Shown here piece after piece: positions 9,991-21,400 of a DNA stretch of 64,000 nt; the stretch's first letter is position 1; each line of letters opens with the position of its first letter. The translations under genes were made by a program, and so were the position numbers. Below the pieces are notes generated by a model, which saw nothing but the letters and a program-made list of their open reading frames with translations, ran no database searches and had not been told where the DNA came from. Source of the DNA: Azolla caroliniana (taxonomy: Eukaryota > Plantae > Polypodiophyta); the NCBI GenBank assembly GCA_043228905.1, contig JBHGNT010000010.1:3286001-3350000 (forward strand). Reading direction: 5' to 3'.

Positions 9991-9996
9991 AAACTG

Positions 9997-10415
9997 TGTT
10001 ATTCTCTGACCGGACAAGGCCTAACACAAGGTGTGACGGAGACACTTCACCAAAGGGTGGTTACGGCATAGGATTAAGATTCAACGATTACACCGACTTA
10101 AGTAGGTTACACGATTAGATCGCTTTTGTTAATTACACGCGTAAGATATAACAGTAAGTACAGAACGGAAATCAACACAGAAGTATAAACACCATATGCT
10201 CTATTAATTATCCGCTGCGATTACAATGGGGTCCGGGCCTTTAAATAGGTTTCCGGCCCGTAGTACAAAACGGTGCCTATCGCACCTATTCGGGATTCGT
10301 CCGGATCTGGAACGGCATACCGTTTCCAGTCCGTCCGTCCACACTATGCTTATTTACAACCATACTTAATTAATTCCTTCACTCCGTATTTTGGACTTCT
10401 TGCCGGCCGGTAACA
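9997..10415 (-). repeat. 5' LTR (TATA-like CTATTTAAAG on the minus strand at 10239-10248)
   Basis: Direct repeat of 541-959, followed by TSD GTAGA. Confidence 0.97.
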
Positions 10416-10530
10416 GTAGAGAACAATGTATTCCACACCTCTACATCGCGGTTTTGAAGGCGATCAAATACATTCTGTGCGTCTTCAAGACAACCAAATT
10501 TCACATACATGTCTACAAACTCAAAAAGAA
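10416..10530 (-). pseudogene. PPR fragment, part 5' of the retrotransposon insertion
   Basis: VDMYVKFGCLEDAQNVFDRLQNRDVEVWNTLFST is a classic PLS PPR motif. It continues across the TSD into LKACGS at 535. Confidence 0.8.
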
Positions 10531-10540
10531 TGCTTCCTCT

Positions 10541-11320
10541 TTCCACATCAACCATCTCTCCGGTTACCACCAAATTCCTGCACATACAACAACAAAATAA
10601 GTCAAGTTTCCTCCTCTTCTCATGAGTATATGCTTCAACCCTCACACCATCACTCATCCTTATCAAAAACATAATTTTTACTTCATTAAGTCCACATCAA
10701 CCATCTCGCCGATTACCGCCAATATCATGTACATACAATAACAAAATGAGTCTAGTTTCGTCATAAGCATATACGTCGTCCCCCACATTGTCATCACTCA
10801 TCTTGATCAAAAACATAAAATCTGTTTCGTTAAGTCCACATCAACCATCTTGCCGATTACCACCAAAATCATGCACATACACCAATAAAATGAGTCTAGT
10901 TTCCTCATCTCCTCATGAGAATATGCTTCAGCCCCACACCATCATCACTCATCCTGATCCAAAACATAAATTTTGCTTCATTAAGTTCACATCAACCATC
11001 TTGTCAATTACTGTCAAAATCTTGTCCATACAACAACAAAATGAGTCTAGTCTCCTCATGAGAATATGCTTTAGCCCCCACACCACCATCACTCATCCAT
11101 ATCAAAAACATAAAATCTACTTCATTAAGTCCACATCAACCATCTCACTGCTATTGATTTACCACCAAAATCCAGTACATACAAAAACACAGTGAAAAAC
11201 AAAACGACACTACTCTCCTCATCTCCTCATTAAAATATGCTACAATCCTCAACACCATCATCACTCATCCTTATCCAAAATAAAGAATATGCTTCATTTT
11301 CCACATCCACCATCTCGCTC
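10541..11320. repeat. Degenerate tandem array of 5-6 units of ~145-170 bp
   Basis: The anchor tccacatcaaccatc recurs at ~10542, 10691, 10835, 10987, 11130 and 11300. The motifs catcactcatcc and aaaatgagtctag also recur. Confidence 0.85.
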
Positions 11321-11869
11321 CTGTCACTCCATAGGACTACCCCTATCACATTCGCCTCGTTTATGTCCTTCCTGTCAACCTGTAAGTTAAAGAGGGAGGT
11401 ATAGAAGTTCAACTATTTTAGTTTCCAATTGCTACACTTAGACATTATTTAATCCCAAGATGAATAATATAGGAGCACCTCATCACAACCAACATACTTT
11501 AGCAAACAGTAGTACATTAATGCATCTTGAATTTCAACATCAACGGGATCAAAGTTGATTGTTCCAACTCAAACAATTTATCTATTTAATTTTTTTAAAA
11601 GAAAGATATAGCTTAGTATATTACTTGAGAAATGTACATAAAGAAAAAAGAAGGAGACATTTCATCTCGCTTCTGTTGTGATACAAAGGCTAGTACCAAC
11701 ATCTGATCAAACAGATGATATCATATAAGAAACAAGTGGAGCAACAAAAAAGAAGGTATGGCATACTTCCACCTCAGACCAGAAGTTGTATCTGAAAATA
11801 AGTGGCGCCCTTGCCATCGTTCCTTAAAGGCTACTCCCCAATTACCATATGTTTTTCGGCCCTCAAATA

Positions 11870-12670
11870 AAATGCCCATAGTCAAGTTCACTATCTATCA
11901 CCACATCAACACCGACGACACACCTCCTATTCACATGGTCATAGGATGTTGATCCCCCCTCAACCACAACTTGATTAACTAGTCAATCCATGAAATGTTG
12001 GGCAAAGGCATCATTGAACCCTCCAACAATGACTAGATCTCCAAACCATACCTAGTTAGGAAGGACAATGGCACATTCACATCATGCATGGATTTTGTTA
12101 GTTAAATAAAGTGATGATACATTACCTACATCCTATACCTACGTTTGTATCCTCTCCCCAAGTCAATGATTGGCTAGAACAACTTGGCAAACCACAATAC
12201 TTCACATCCCTCAACCTTGTTTGTGGATATAGGTAGATACCTTTACACTCATAAGATGCATATAAAATGGATTATTCTAGTTTTTAGGGATTCTAGTTGA
12301 CATGATGCTGGCAACACCTTTGAGAGAATGGCCAACTCAATCTTCGTTGATCTAATCTAGTAAGGTATCTTTCTAGTATATTTAATGAAATCCTTGTCCA
12401 CATGCCCACTTAGGAGTAGCGAAACAGAGGCTAAAAGGAGTAATGCAACGAATCAAACAAAATCTTCAACTTTAGTGGGAAAAGTGTAAATGGCAAAGCC
12501 TAAAATTGAAAATTTTGGGCTTTACCTATCTCGCCCGTAGGCATACAAATGGATCCCACGAAAATTCGATACAATGAAAGACTATTCTCGATTTTCCAAT
12601 GTCAAATCACTCAAAAGTTTCCTAGACATGACTATATTTCCCAACTTCACCACCATTACTTTCCTCGATC
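11870..12670 (+). mobile_element. Highly decayed gypsy RT remnant
   Basis: Fragments LVRKDNGTFTSCMDF, LEQLGKPQYFTSLNLVCGY and GIQMDPTKI, with many stops. Confidence 0.6.
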
Positions 12671-12879
12671 TAGAGTTATTTATTTGCTAGGGGTTAAAAG
12701 TGATACTTTGTATCCCCTCCATGTATCTAATATGGTTGATCATGTTGTTGTAATTGAGCAACCAAGCGTGGCTGGTTGGGACACATGAGTCAAACTAGAA
12801 TGAAAGTGCGTTCTCTTTTGGGTCACTTGCCTTGTCTTGAATATGCTAAATTTGAGGGTTGTGTTTATGGTAAACATGC

Positions 12880-13600
12880 TCAAATGTCTCATAAAATGTC
12901 TCTTTTGCTAAAATATTCACCTCTAGGATGAATTATTTCATATGTATGTCATATGCTAGAATTATCTTTCAGGGGAAAGAAATATTTTGTCACTTTTGTT
13001 GATGATGCTACATGGAAGCTATTGGTTTACCCTATATGATATAAGGACAAAATGCTTGACGAGTTTAAAAAATTCTTGGTGTTGGTTGAGAATCAGATTG
13101 ATAAGACACTCAAGTGTCTTCCCTCTGACAATGGTGGGAAATATGTGTCCAAGGTCTTTTAGGTATTTTGTGACAACAAAGTGAAAAAAGGGAGCTCACT
13201 ACCACACATAATCCACCACAAAATGGGGTTGTAAAGCGTATGAATTGGACTATAATAGACAAGGTCTGTAATATGTTGTCTCATGTTATTACCCATGGTT
13301 TTTGGGGAGAGGTTGTAATGACAATTGTCCACTTGATTAATCTATCACTAAGTAGGTCTTTGGAGGAAGGAATCCCTCAATAAGTGTGGTTGCGCAACCC
13401 CACCTTCATATGCTCACCTGAAAGTGTTTGATTGTGAGGGTTTTGTGCACATTAGTAAAGAAGAACACAACGAACTTGAGATAAAGTCTTCCAAGGATAT
13501 GGTGAGGGCGAAAGGGGGTTTAGATTATGGGATGCTGTAAAGAGGAAAAAAGTACGCAACAACAATGTTATCTTTTGAGAAAATCACATGCATAAAAAAT
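12880..13600 (+). mobile_element. Decayed copia integrase remnant
   Basis: GKKYFVTFVDDAT..., KCLPSDNGGKYVS, PPQNGVVKRMNWTI, FWGEVVMTIVHLIN. Confidence 0.75.
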
Positions 13601-14199
13601 CTGTAGACCAAGAAAGCTCGCAGGGTTGTATTCTGAGAAAAAATACCTTTTGGACAACAAAATGCGCCCATTGTACATAACCAAATACTTGCTACAAATG
13701 TACATGCAAATGCAGAAAATGTTATAAGGCAACCATTGCCCATATTGATGAGCACCATAAAATGAGTAGTAACAACCACAAGTTTATTTCAAGTTGAAAT
13801 TCTAGGACAAGTTGAAAATGATATGGTGATGAGGATTAGGATATCATCTAGGGCTATTACTATCTTGTCTCACTCCATGTTCTTCATTGTGTGTGTATGT
13901 GTGGTCCAACACTGCCTTGATATGATCTTGGCTCCCTTCACCTAGTCTAGTGAAACCATCTAGCTCCCCATCACCCTTCACTGGATTGCCGTGTTTCAAT
14001 AACATAATTCAACAATAAAGAAAATCAACAACAAACTCCACTGCGAGCCCTGCCCCTACATCCCTTTGAGCAATAATAGAATAGAGATATCATGAAAAAC
14101 CTAGTCATCTATTTTGTTGGTAACAACTTTGAGCCCCACCTCAACATCCCACAAGTATAACCTGCATAACCTGCAAGTATCTTAAACCACAAGTCTAAC

Positions 14200-14820
14200 C
14201 AAGCGACCAGCTTACCCTATTCAATCTTTGATCCATTCAAACTCATCAGTTAGGATCTTATGGGTTCTATCTCCACCTCCATGTACATTTTGGTGTTCAC
14301 TAAATATCTTACATGTTGGTGTGAAGCCTACCCAATCCCAAATATCACCACCTCAACAATTTCCTCCGAATTATTACAATGTGTTATATTCGGACACAGA
14401 TTGCCCAATACAACACTTGTCTGACTAAGGTTCTCAATTCCAAAGTGATGTCCTCCGCATTTGCAAGCACACCTCGAGATCTGCCAAACTTTCACATCCC
14501 ATAACCATCTAAAAAACCAATGGATTGATAAAACAGTTAATCAAAACAGCCAATTATAAAATTGTGGATTTCTTTGATCCATTATACAAAACACGAACCT
14601 AATTTCACCATTCTTCTTCCATGCCTTAACACTTCGGTTCTAGCTTCAAATACAACCAGCCCATTTAAGGCTCTCTAAAGATGTTACCCCCCGTTTCCCA
14701 CTCAACCTCGGCCTCACAACACTCAAAGACCCAATGCACAAGGACAACGCTGATTGGTGCCTTTACTTGAAATAGATTCAACATCTATTGCAACAAGTCA
14801 TCCATCACAACCTAAGTCAA
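14200..14820 (+). mobile_element. Decayed gypsy integrase remnant
   Basis: CPIQHLSD*GSQFQS and a downstream TNGL..-like motif, heavily frameshifted. Confidence 0.45.
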
Positions 14821-15476
14821 CTATTCTTTTGAAACTCGAGCAAGGATTTAGCCCACATGTCATGGGTACACTCCATTGAGTGAGAGGGAGAAAGAAATTA
14901 TTATGTCATAAGAGATTCACATGATCTAACTGGATCAAGCCCATGGCATTGATATAAAGGATTACCCGTAGAGTCAACACAAATATAAAAAAGATAAAAA
15001 AAGGTAAGCAACTAAAATGCATACATCGGAAACTTTTTGAAGGCCAAAGTTTCATAAAGAATCACAAGCTCACCACCTGAGAAAAACCGAAGCAAAATCA
15101 ACTGTGGAAAAGTGCAGCAACAAGGACTCCTTCTAGAGGGATTTGGCATGGGAATGACATTATATACCCTGTCCCAAAAAATATCATAACACTGACCATT
15201 AACAAGAATGCAACTCGAAATAAAAACTCTTTTAAATCTTAGGGAGAAAGTTGTTTCGGCCCACAATGCACCCACAGATGGCACAAGTTTATGGATGGGA
15301 ACTTCTCTTGGATGAAATCCTGAAGGCTTTTCATATGTCAAAAACATCATATACTTCAGTCCTACCAGTAGAGTAACATGTCACCCTAGGTAATGAATAA
15401 AATTGCAGGTAGGATACACAAATTACAGATTCAGGATTTGCGTAGAAGAGCTTATACAACTTATGGCATAGTAACA

Positions 15477-18400
15477 TCACCGCCCGCGACCGTTCAGAGT
15501 GTTGCTGAGCCTGTGATCATAATATGAGGTCATAAGTTACAACGAACACACAGAACACATTTTATACAAAAACCAAATTAAATCATTGAAAATCAAGATA
15601 CCAGTCTAAGCCTTCAAAAAGCCCTTCTCCCTTTATTGCTGACGTTTTGAAAATGGCCCATTGTCGACTTTTTATCTTATGCAAATTAAGTGACTCAGAT
15701 ATAGCTGCATCATCGAGTGCCCCTGGAAGATCCTGTATGGAAAAGGGTGTATTTAATGAAGACAACTTTGAGGCAATAATGTATATATAATAGGGCGTCC
15801 TGTTGATTGTACACATGTTTTAACTATCTACATACTTAGATCATATCCGATACATACTATGATGTGTTGCCATTGTTCGAATCCGTGAATACACAGACAG
15901 ATATTTTACACACAAGATGAGCCTAAAGCCAAAAAGAAAGTTTACCTGTTTGTTGGCATATACAAGCACAACCGCATCCTTCAGTTCCTCTTCCTGCAGC
16001 ACGAATCTGAACAAATGAAACCTCTGTTTGATATAATCTATGAATATCGCAATGATTATTTAAAACTCTGATGCTACTAGTACAGCACAACTAGATTGGC
16101 TCTTTCTGTTTCCATCATGTATAATAATATAAGCACATCAGAAAAGATTATCCCAATCCAATATTCTTTTTCTAATGTGTGCATAGCAATATATCATCTG
16201 GATCTCTGATATTGATTGGCCTTACTTGCACCATGGGTATTCTCATCAAGTTTGTCAGATGGTTATGTCTCTGTTTTCTATATGTATGATTGATGGCTTA
16301 CAAAAATTATACAGATCCTCAGGGATGTCTACTACCAAAAAAATTCAGCATCTTGATACAGTTCTGATTTGAGACATGTACCATAATGTAAATCCTTTTT
16401 TATATTAGACAATCTCTCACCTCCAGAATTGCATGGAACTCGTCTCTTGCAGTTGATAACCTTTCAGTATCACTCGAATCTATGACATAGATCACAGCTT
16501 GTGTATTTGGAAAATAGCAGCGCCAATAAGGCCTATATAAAGTAAAACCTCTGAGAAACAATGGACCCCCAAAATAACAAGGTAAAGCAAAAACGACTTG
16601 CACATACTGGCATGCCAAAATTCCATGAGGGTATTCTTAACATAGTAATGCTTTTGTAGCATATACATACACATAAATGATGCACAATAAGTAATTCACC
16701 TGATACTTGTTTGTCCCCCTATCACAAACAAGGAAAAGAAAACTAATAAGTCAAATTGAAATCTTGATTGAGTTCAACATTTTAAAACAAGAAAGTGGTA
16801 AAATACCCAGATCCCAAACTTGGAACTTAATGTTGTTGTACTGGACAGTTTCCACATTGAATCCAATGGCTGAAATAAAGTAGAAACTTATGAAAAGGTA
16901 TAAACTTAGTCAATTTTCAAAATTGTTTACATAACCTAGGTGGGATTATTCCATACATTGTGTTGTGCATTAATGAGGTTAAAAACAGATGGATTTATTT
17001 CCGAAACTACAAAATGACCCAGAAAAATGTATAAAAGTTATAAGTTTGGCCTTCTATCGAATATCAAAACCATCGTTGTTTTCTCACATTTTTTTGCTAA
17101 TTATTCTCAATCTAATCCCTCAAGGCTCATTCTTACTTAAAAATAACAGTCGGCAATGGTTCGGTTTGAACTGAACCGAACCGCAAAACCGCTGCTTAAT
17201 AGCTTAATGATTTAAACGAAATGGTTTGGTTTGGGGTGAACAGTTCGGTTCGATTTGGTTTCAATGGTTAGAAACCGCGGTTTAAACGGTTTAATGGTTT
17301 TATTTATTTTTTATTTAAAAAAAAATTGTTTTATTTTTTCATTTTAAGCCTAATTCTCACATTTTAGGAAAATCTTTAAATTTTTAAAAAATTAAAAATT
17401 AAAAATTAAAATAATGAAAATTTTTGAATTTTTAAATTTGAATTTAACCTTACTTGAAAACTGAAACTGAACCATGAAACCGCGGTTTTAATGGTTTAAT
17501 GGTTTCACGGTTAAATTGTTTTTAAATGATTCACGTTAAACAGTTTCGGTTCAAGTTTCAAAATTTTTAAACGGTTCAGTTTTGACACTCTCAAACCAAA
17601 CCAAACCAGGGCCGATACTTAAAATTTTATCTCCTTGTCTTTCTTTTTCCTAATGGTTTTTATTTCGTTGTCCTCTTGAATGCTTTTTCTTTGCATTGCC
17701 CCCTCTTGTTCTTTCTCCTGCCCTCTCCTAGTCTCATCAGCAATATGAGTAGTGATGCTTGTAGAGCCCTCACACTACTTTGCACTCGATCTCACAAGTT
17801 AGGTATCGAAGTTGCATCATGGTATCAAAATGTAAAGAATTTGAAGGCATGTAAAGTATGCAATGAAGGAATGGTAGAGGATGAATGTCACTTGTTGTTC
17901 ACATGCTCAGTATATTGTGGAATTCGTTCAAGATGTGATGACATATGAAGAGGGAGTGATAACTTAAGTGCCATACTTAAGACAACACCTAGAAGGTTGA
18001 GCTCATATGCGTATGCCTTATTCACACATAGAGACTTTGTGCATCAATGTATGAATACCCCTATTTAGGAAGGAGATACATATCAAGAACACATGTATAC
18101 TCTGGTCGCATAGGTCTGTTAGGTGTAACAGCCCGTAGTTCACAAATTAGGTAATTATTCGTACATGTGAACACATTGTTCACCTGGCCAGGACCTCTCC
18201 TTTTGTAATGTGAACACACCTCTTTTTTTACGGGTTAACTAATATAATAACCTTTTTTCTTATGTACCAATCAAGGCGGTTGGGTACACCAAAAATCTGT
18301 GTTCTCTACTGACCTCTCTACTGCAGTCCTGTTTGCTGAACATCATCCCTCAATAGCTGCTCCCGCAAACATCCCTCTTTACCTTTAACTGGTATCAGAG

Positions 18401-21400
18401 CCAAATCTCTTTCCTCTGCTTTGCTGTTTTTTTGTAGATTCAGAATCACCCAAAAATGCTTCAGTTTTTCTTTCAATTCTTTCAGACCCTTTCCTATCGG
18501 TATTCTGCTAAATTTCTGAAGAAATTTGTCATAAATCTTGGGAGCAATGGCCTCCACTTAACTGAAGTGAAAAACCTCTCTGAAATCAAGAGATTTGATG
18601 GAAAAGGTTTCGAATTGTGGAAAGAGTGTATGCTGGGCATCCTCTTTCCGAGAGATTGTGAAGATGCTCTTGTGTTAAAGAAACCAGAGAGCATGGAAAA
18701 TGATGCTTGGAACACTCTGAATAAGAAAGCCATTACATATATTAAAATGGCTGTTTCTGATGAGATTCTTGTAGATATAAAGGGCTTGATTACTGCCCAT
18801 CAAATCTGGGAGAAACTTAAGACAACTTACGAGAATACTACTCCTGTGAATCAAGTGCATTTGATGAGAAAACTTGTCAATATGAGGCTTGATGAATTGA
18901 AAGGTGCAACAAAGCATCTATTGTTATTCACAAGTACTCTCTCCCAGCTACAAGATTCAAGATTACCAGCTTTTGATGACAAGCTCAAATCTATCTTCCT
19001 ACTTATGACTTTACCCGGTTCTTGGGAAACATTAGTTGTTTCACTCTCTAATAGCCCCAACTTGACCTTCGATGGTGTGTGGGGCTCTATTCTCAATGAA
19101 GAGATCAGACAAAAATGTAGAGGAGAAGGTAGTGGTTCAGCATACAATATTAGGGGGAGATGTGATAACACGATCCCAAATATAGGACAAAGAAATAGAA
19201 GTAAGCATAGAGGGAAAGGAAAGCAACAAGATATTACATGCTATCAATGTGGCCGTAAAGGTGATAAGAAACCTGATTGTAGATATATGAAGATGGAACT
19301 AGAAAGGAAGAAGAATGTAGGAGAGAAGAAAAAAAAAGATGAAAAGTTTAATACAACAGAGAAAGCTAATATGGCTTCAAATGTTACCATTGAAAACCTA
19401 TCTGGTGAAGATGGTGAAGTACTTTCTATTTCACGTGATGCCTTCATAGATCATGTTCAAGACATGCAAATCACCAAAACAAATGTTATTGATGCTTTAT
19501 TGTCAATTGATGATGGATTGACATAAACATGGATCGTAGACTTTGGGGCTTCTTTTCATGTTACTCCATGTTTGGAGTGCTTTACCACATTATCTTGGTA
19601 ACAATAGTGCTTGCAATATTGATGGTATTGGCACCATACACTTGTCTTTGGATAATGATCAAGAGCTTGTGCTCAAAGATGTCAGGTATGCAGCTAGCAT
19701 TAAGAAAATTTTGCTATCTGTAGGACAAATGGATTTGCATGGTTACACCACATTACTCGGTGGTGGATTGTGGAAACTTAAGAAAGTATTTATGGTTATT
19801 TTGAAAGGTTGCAAAAAGGGCACTCTCTACTGTTTGCAATGTAAAACTTTACCTGGAATGTTTCTTACTATTGCTTAATTTGATTCTCATTTAGAGCTTT
19901 CGCATAAGAAATTAGGACATATGTCTATTTGGCAAACACGTGAGAAATTCTTATTATTTTGGTGTCTCTCATAAACCAAATGTGCTAGATTTGGTGAATC
20001 ATGATGGATGTAGCATGCCTGTAAAATCTTTGGGCGGTACTGCATATTTTATTTCCTTTATCGATGATTATTCTAGGAAGATTTGGGTGTACTTGATGAA
20101 AAAAAAGGTGATGCATTTAAATCTTTTCATGCATTTGTAACTACCCAAAAAGGGACAAAATTGAAATTTCTTAGAACAAATAATGAGGTTGACTTTACAT
20201 CTGCAGAATTTAAGTCCTTTTGTCAATTACATGGTATTAAAAGAGAGCTTACAACTCCATAAAACCCTTCATCAAATGGGGTGGCAGAAAGGTATAATAG
20301 GACATTGTGTGAGCGAGTATGGTGCATGCTGTCCACAGCTAATCTCCCTCATGAATTTTGGGGAGAAGCATTAAAAACCATGGTTCATATATGTAATCGT
20401 TCTCCCAACAAGTCCTTAAAGAATGGAATTCCTGAGGAGGTTTGGTCTGGCAAACCAGCCTCATATGACCATTTACGAATTTTCGGTTGTGATGCATTTG
20501 TACACATTAGAAGTGAGCTGAGAAACAAGCTTGATGCTAAGTCCACCATGGGCATTTTTATGGGCTATGGTGATGAAGGTGAAACGGGCTATAGGATTTG
20601 GTTACTTTAGTCCAGAAAAATTGTACGCAGCCGGGATGTTTTAATGACGAAAAAATGCTGAAAAAATGCTTGTTCCTCTGTTGGGAACTCTACGAGCGTT
20701 ACATTTCAGCAATTACAGCCATCCACAAAATCTGAAAATAAACCTCATGATGCTATACCAAAGGTTGAATATGATGATCAACCGGTTATCCTTGAGCCAG
20801 AAGAAATTGGACAGCAAAGAGATGCGCATGAAGGTGTTGGACAACGAGATGAAGGTACTGAACAACAAAATATAGATGTTGAACAACATGCTAGGCATGG
20901 TTTGCAACAATCCCATATTTTCCTCCAGATTTAGAACCAATCCCAGAAAAGACTGATCATTGGGTACGTAGGTCTAATCGTTTAAGGAGGCAGGTATATA
21001 GATATGACCCCTCTTTGCATTATGTCATGTTGTCGGATGAGGGTGAACCTCTTACTTATAAGGAGGCAATGTCTTGTGAATTTTGCAGTAAGTGGGAGCT
21101 TGCAATGCAAGAAGAAGTAAAATAGGGAAAAGTACCAAGATACCCCTGGAAGTTCTTCTATTTACCAGAATGCCCCTAGAAGTTCCAAATTTACCAAACT
21201 ACCCCTATGTCCAAAAAATTACACTTTATAAAGTAATTATACATTCAAATCTACAAGCCCTATTTATCAAAGATGGAAGAAATGGACCCAAACTAGCCCT
21301 ATTTACCAAAGATTTGAGTGTATACTTACTTTATAAAGTGTATTTTTTTGGACATAGGGGTAGTTTGGTAAATTTGGAACTTCCAAGGGGTATCCTGGTA

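Larger units (their letters stand above)
541..10415 (-). mobile_element. Full-length, very recent Ty3/gypsy LTR retrotransposon (non-chromovirus, Athila/Tat-related, no additional RNase H seen) with an extra 3' ORF
   Basis: Two 419-bp LTRs (TGTTA...TAACA) and a 5-bp TSD GTAGA at 536-540 and 10416-10420. Domain order is gag-PR-RT-RH-INT. A PBS follows the right-hand LTR on the minus strand. The element is much more GC-rich than its flanks. Confidence 0.97.

Noticed and set aside
10541-11320. CRISPR-like repeat-spacer array
   Set aside because: The units are similar over their whole length with no unique spacers, there are no cas genes, and the context is eukaryotic.
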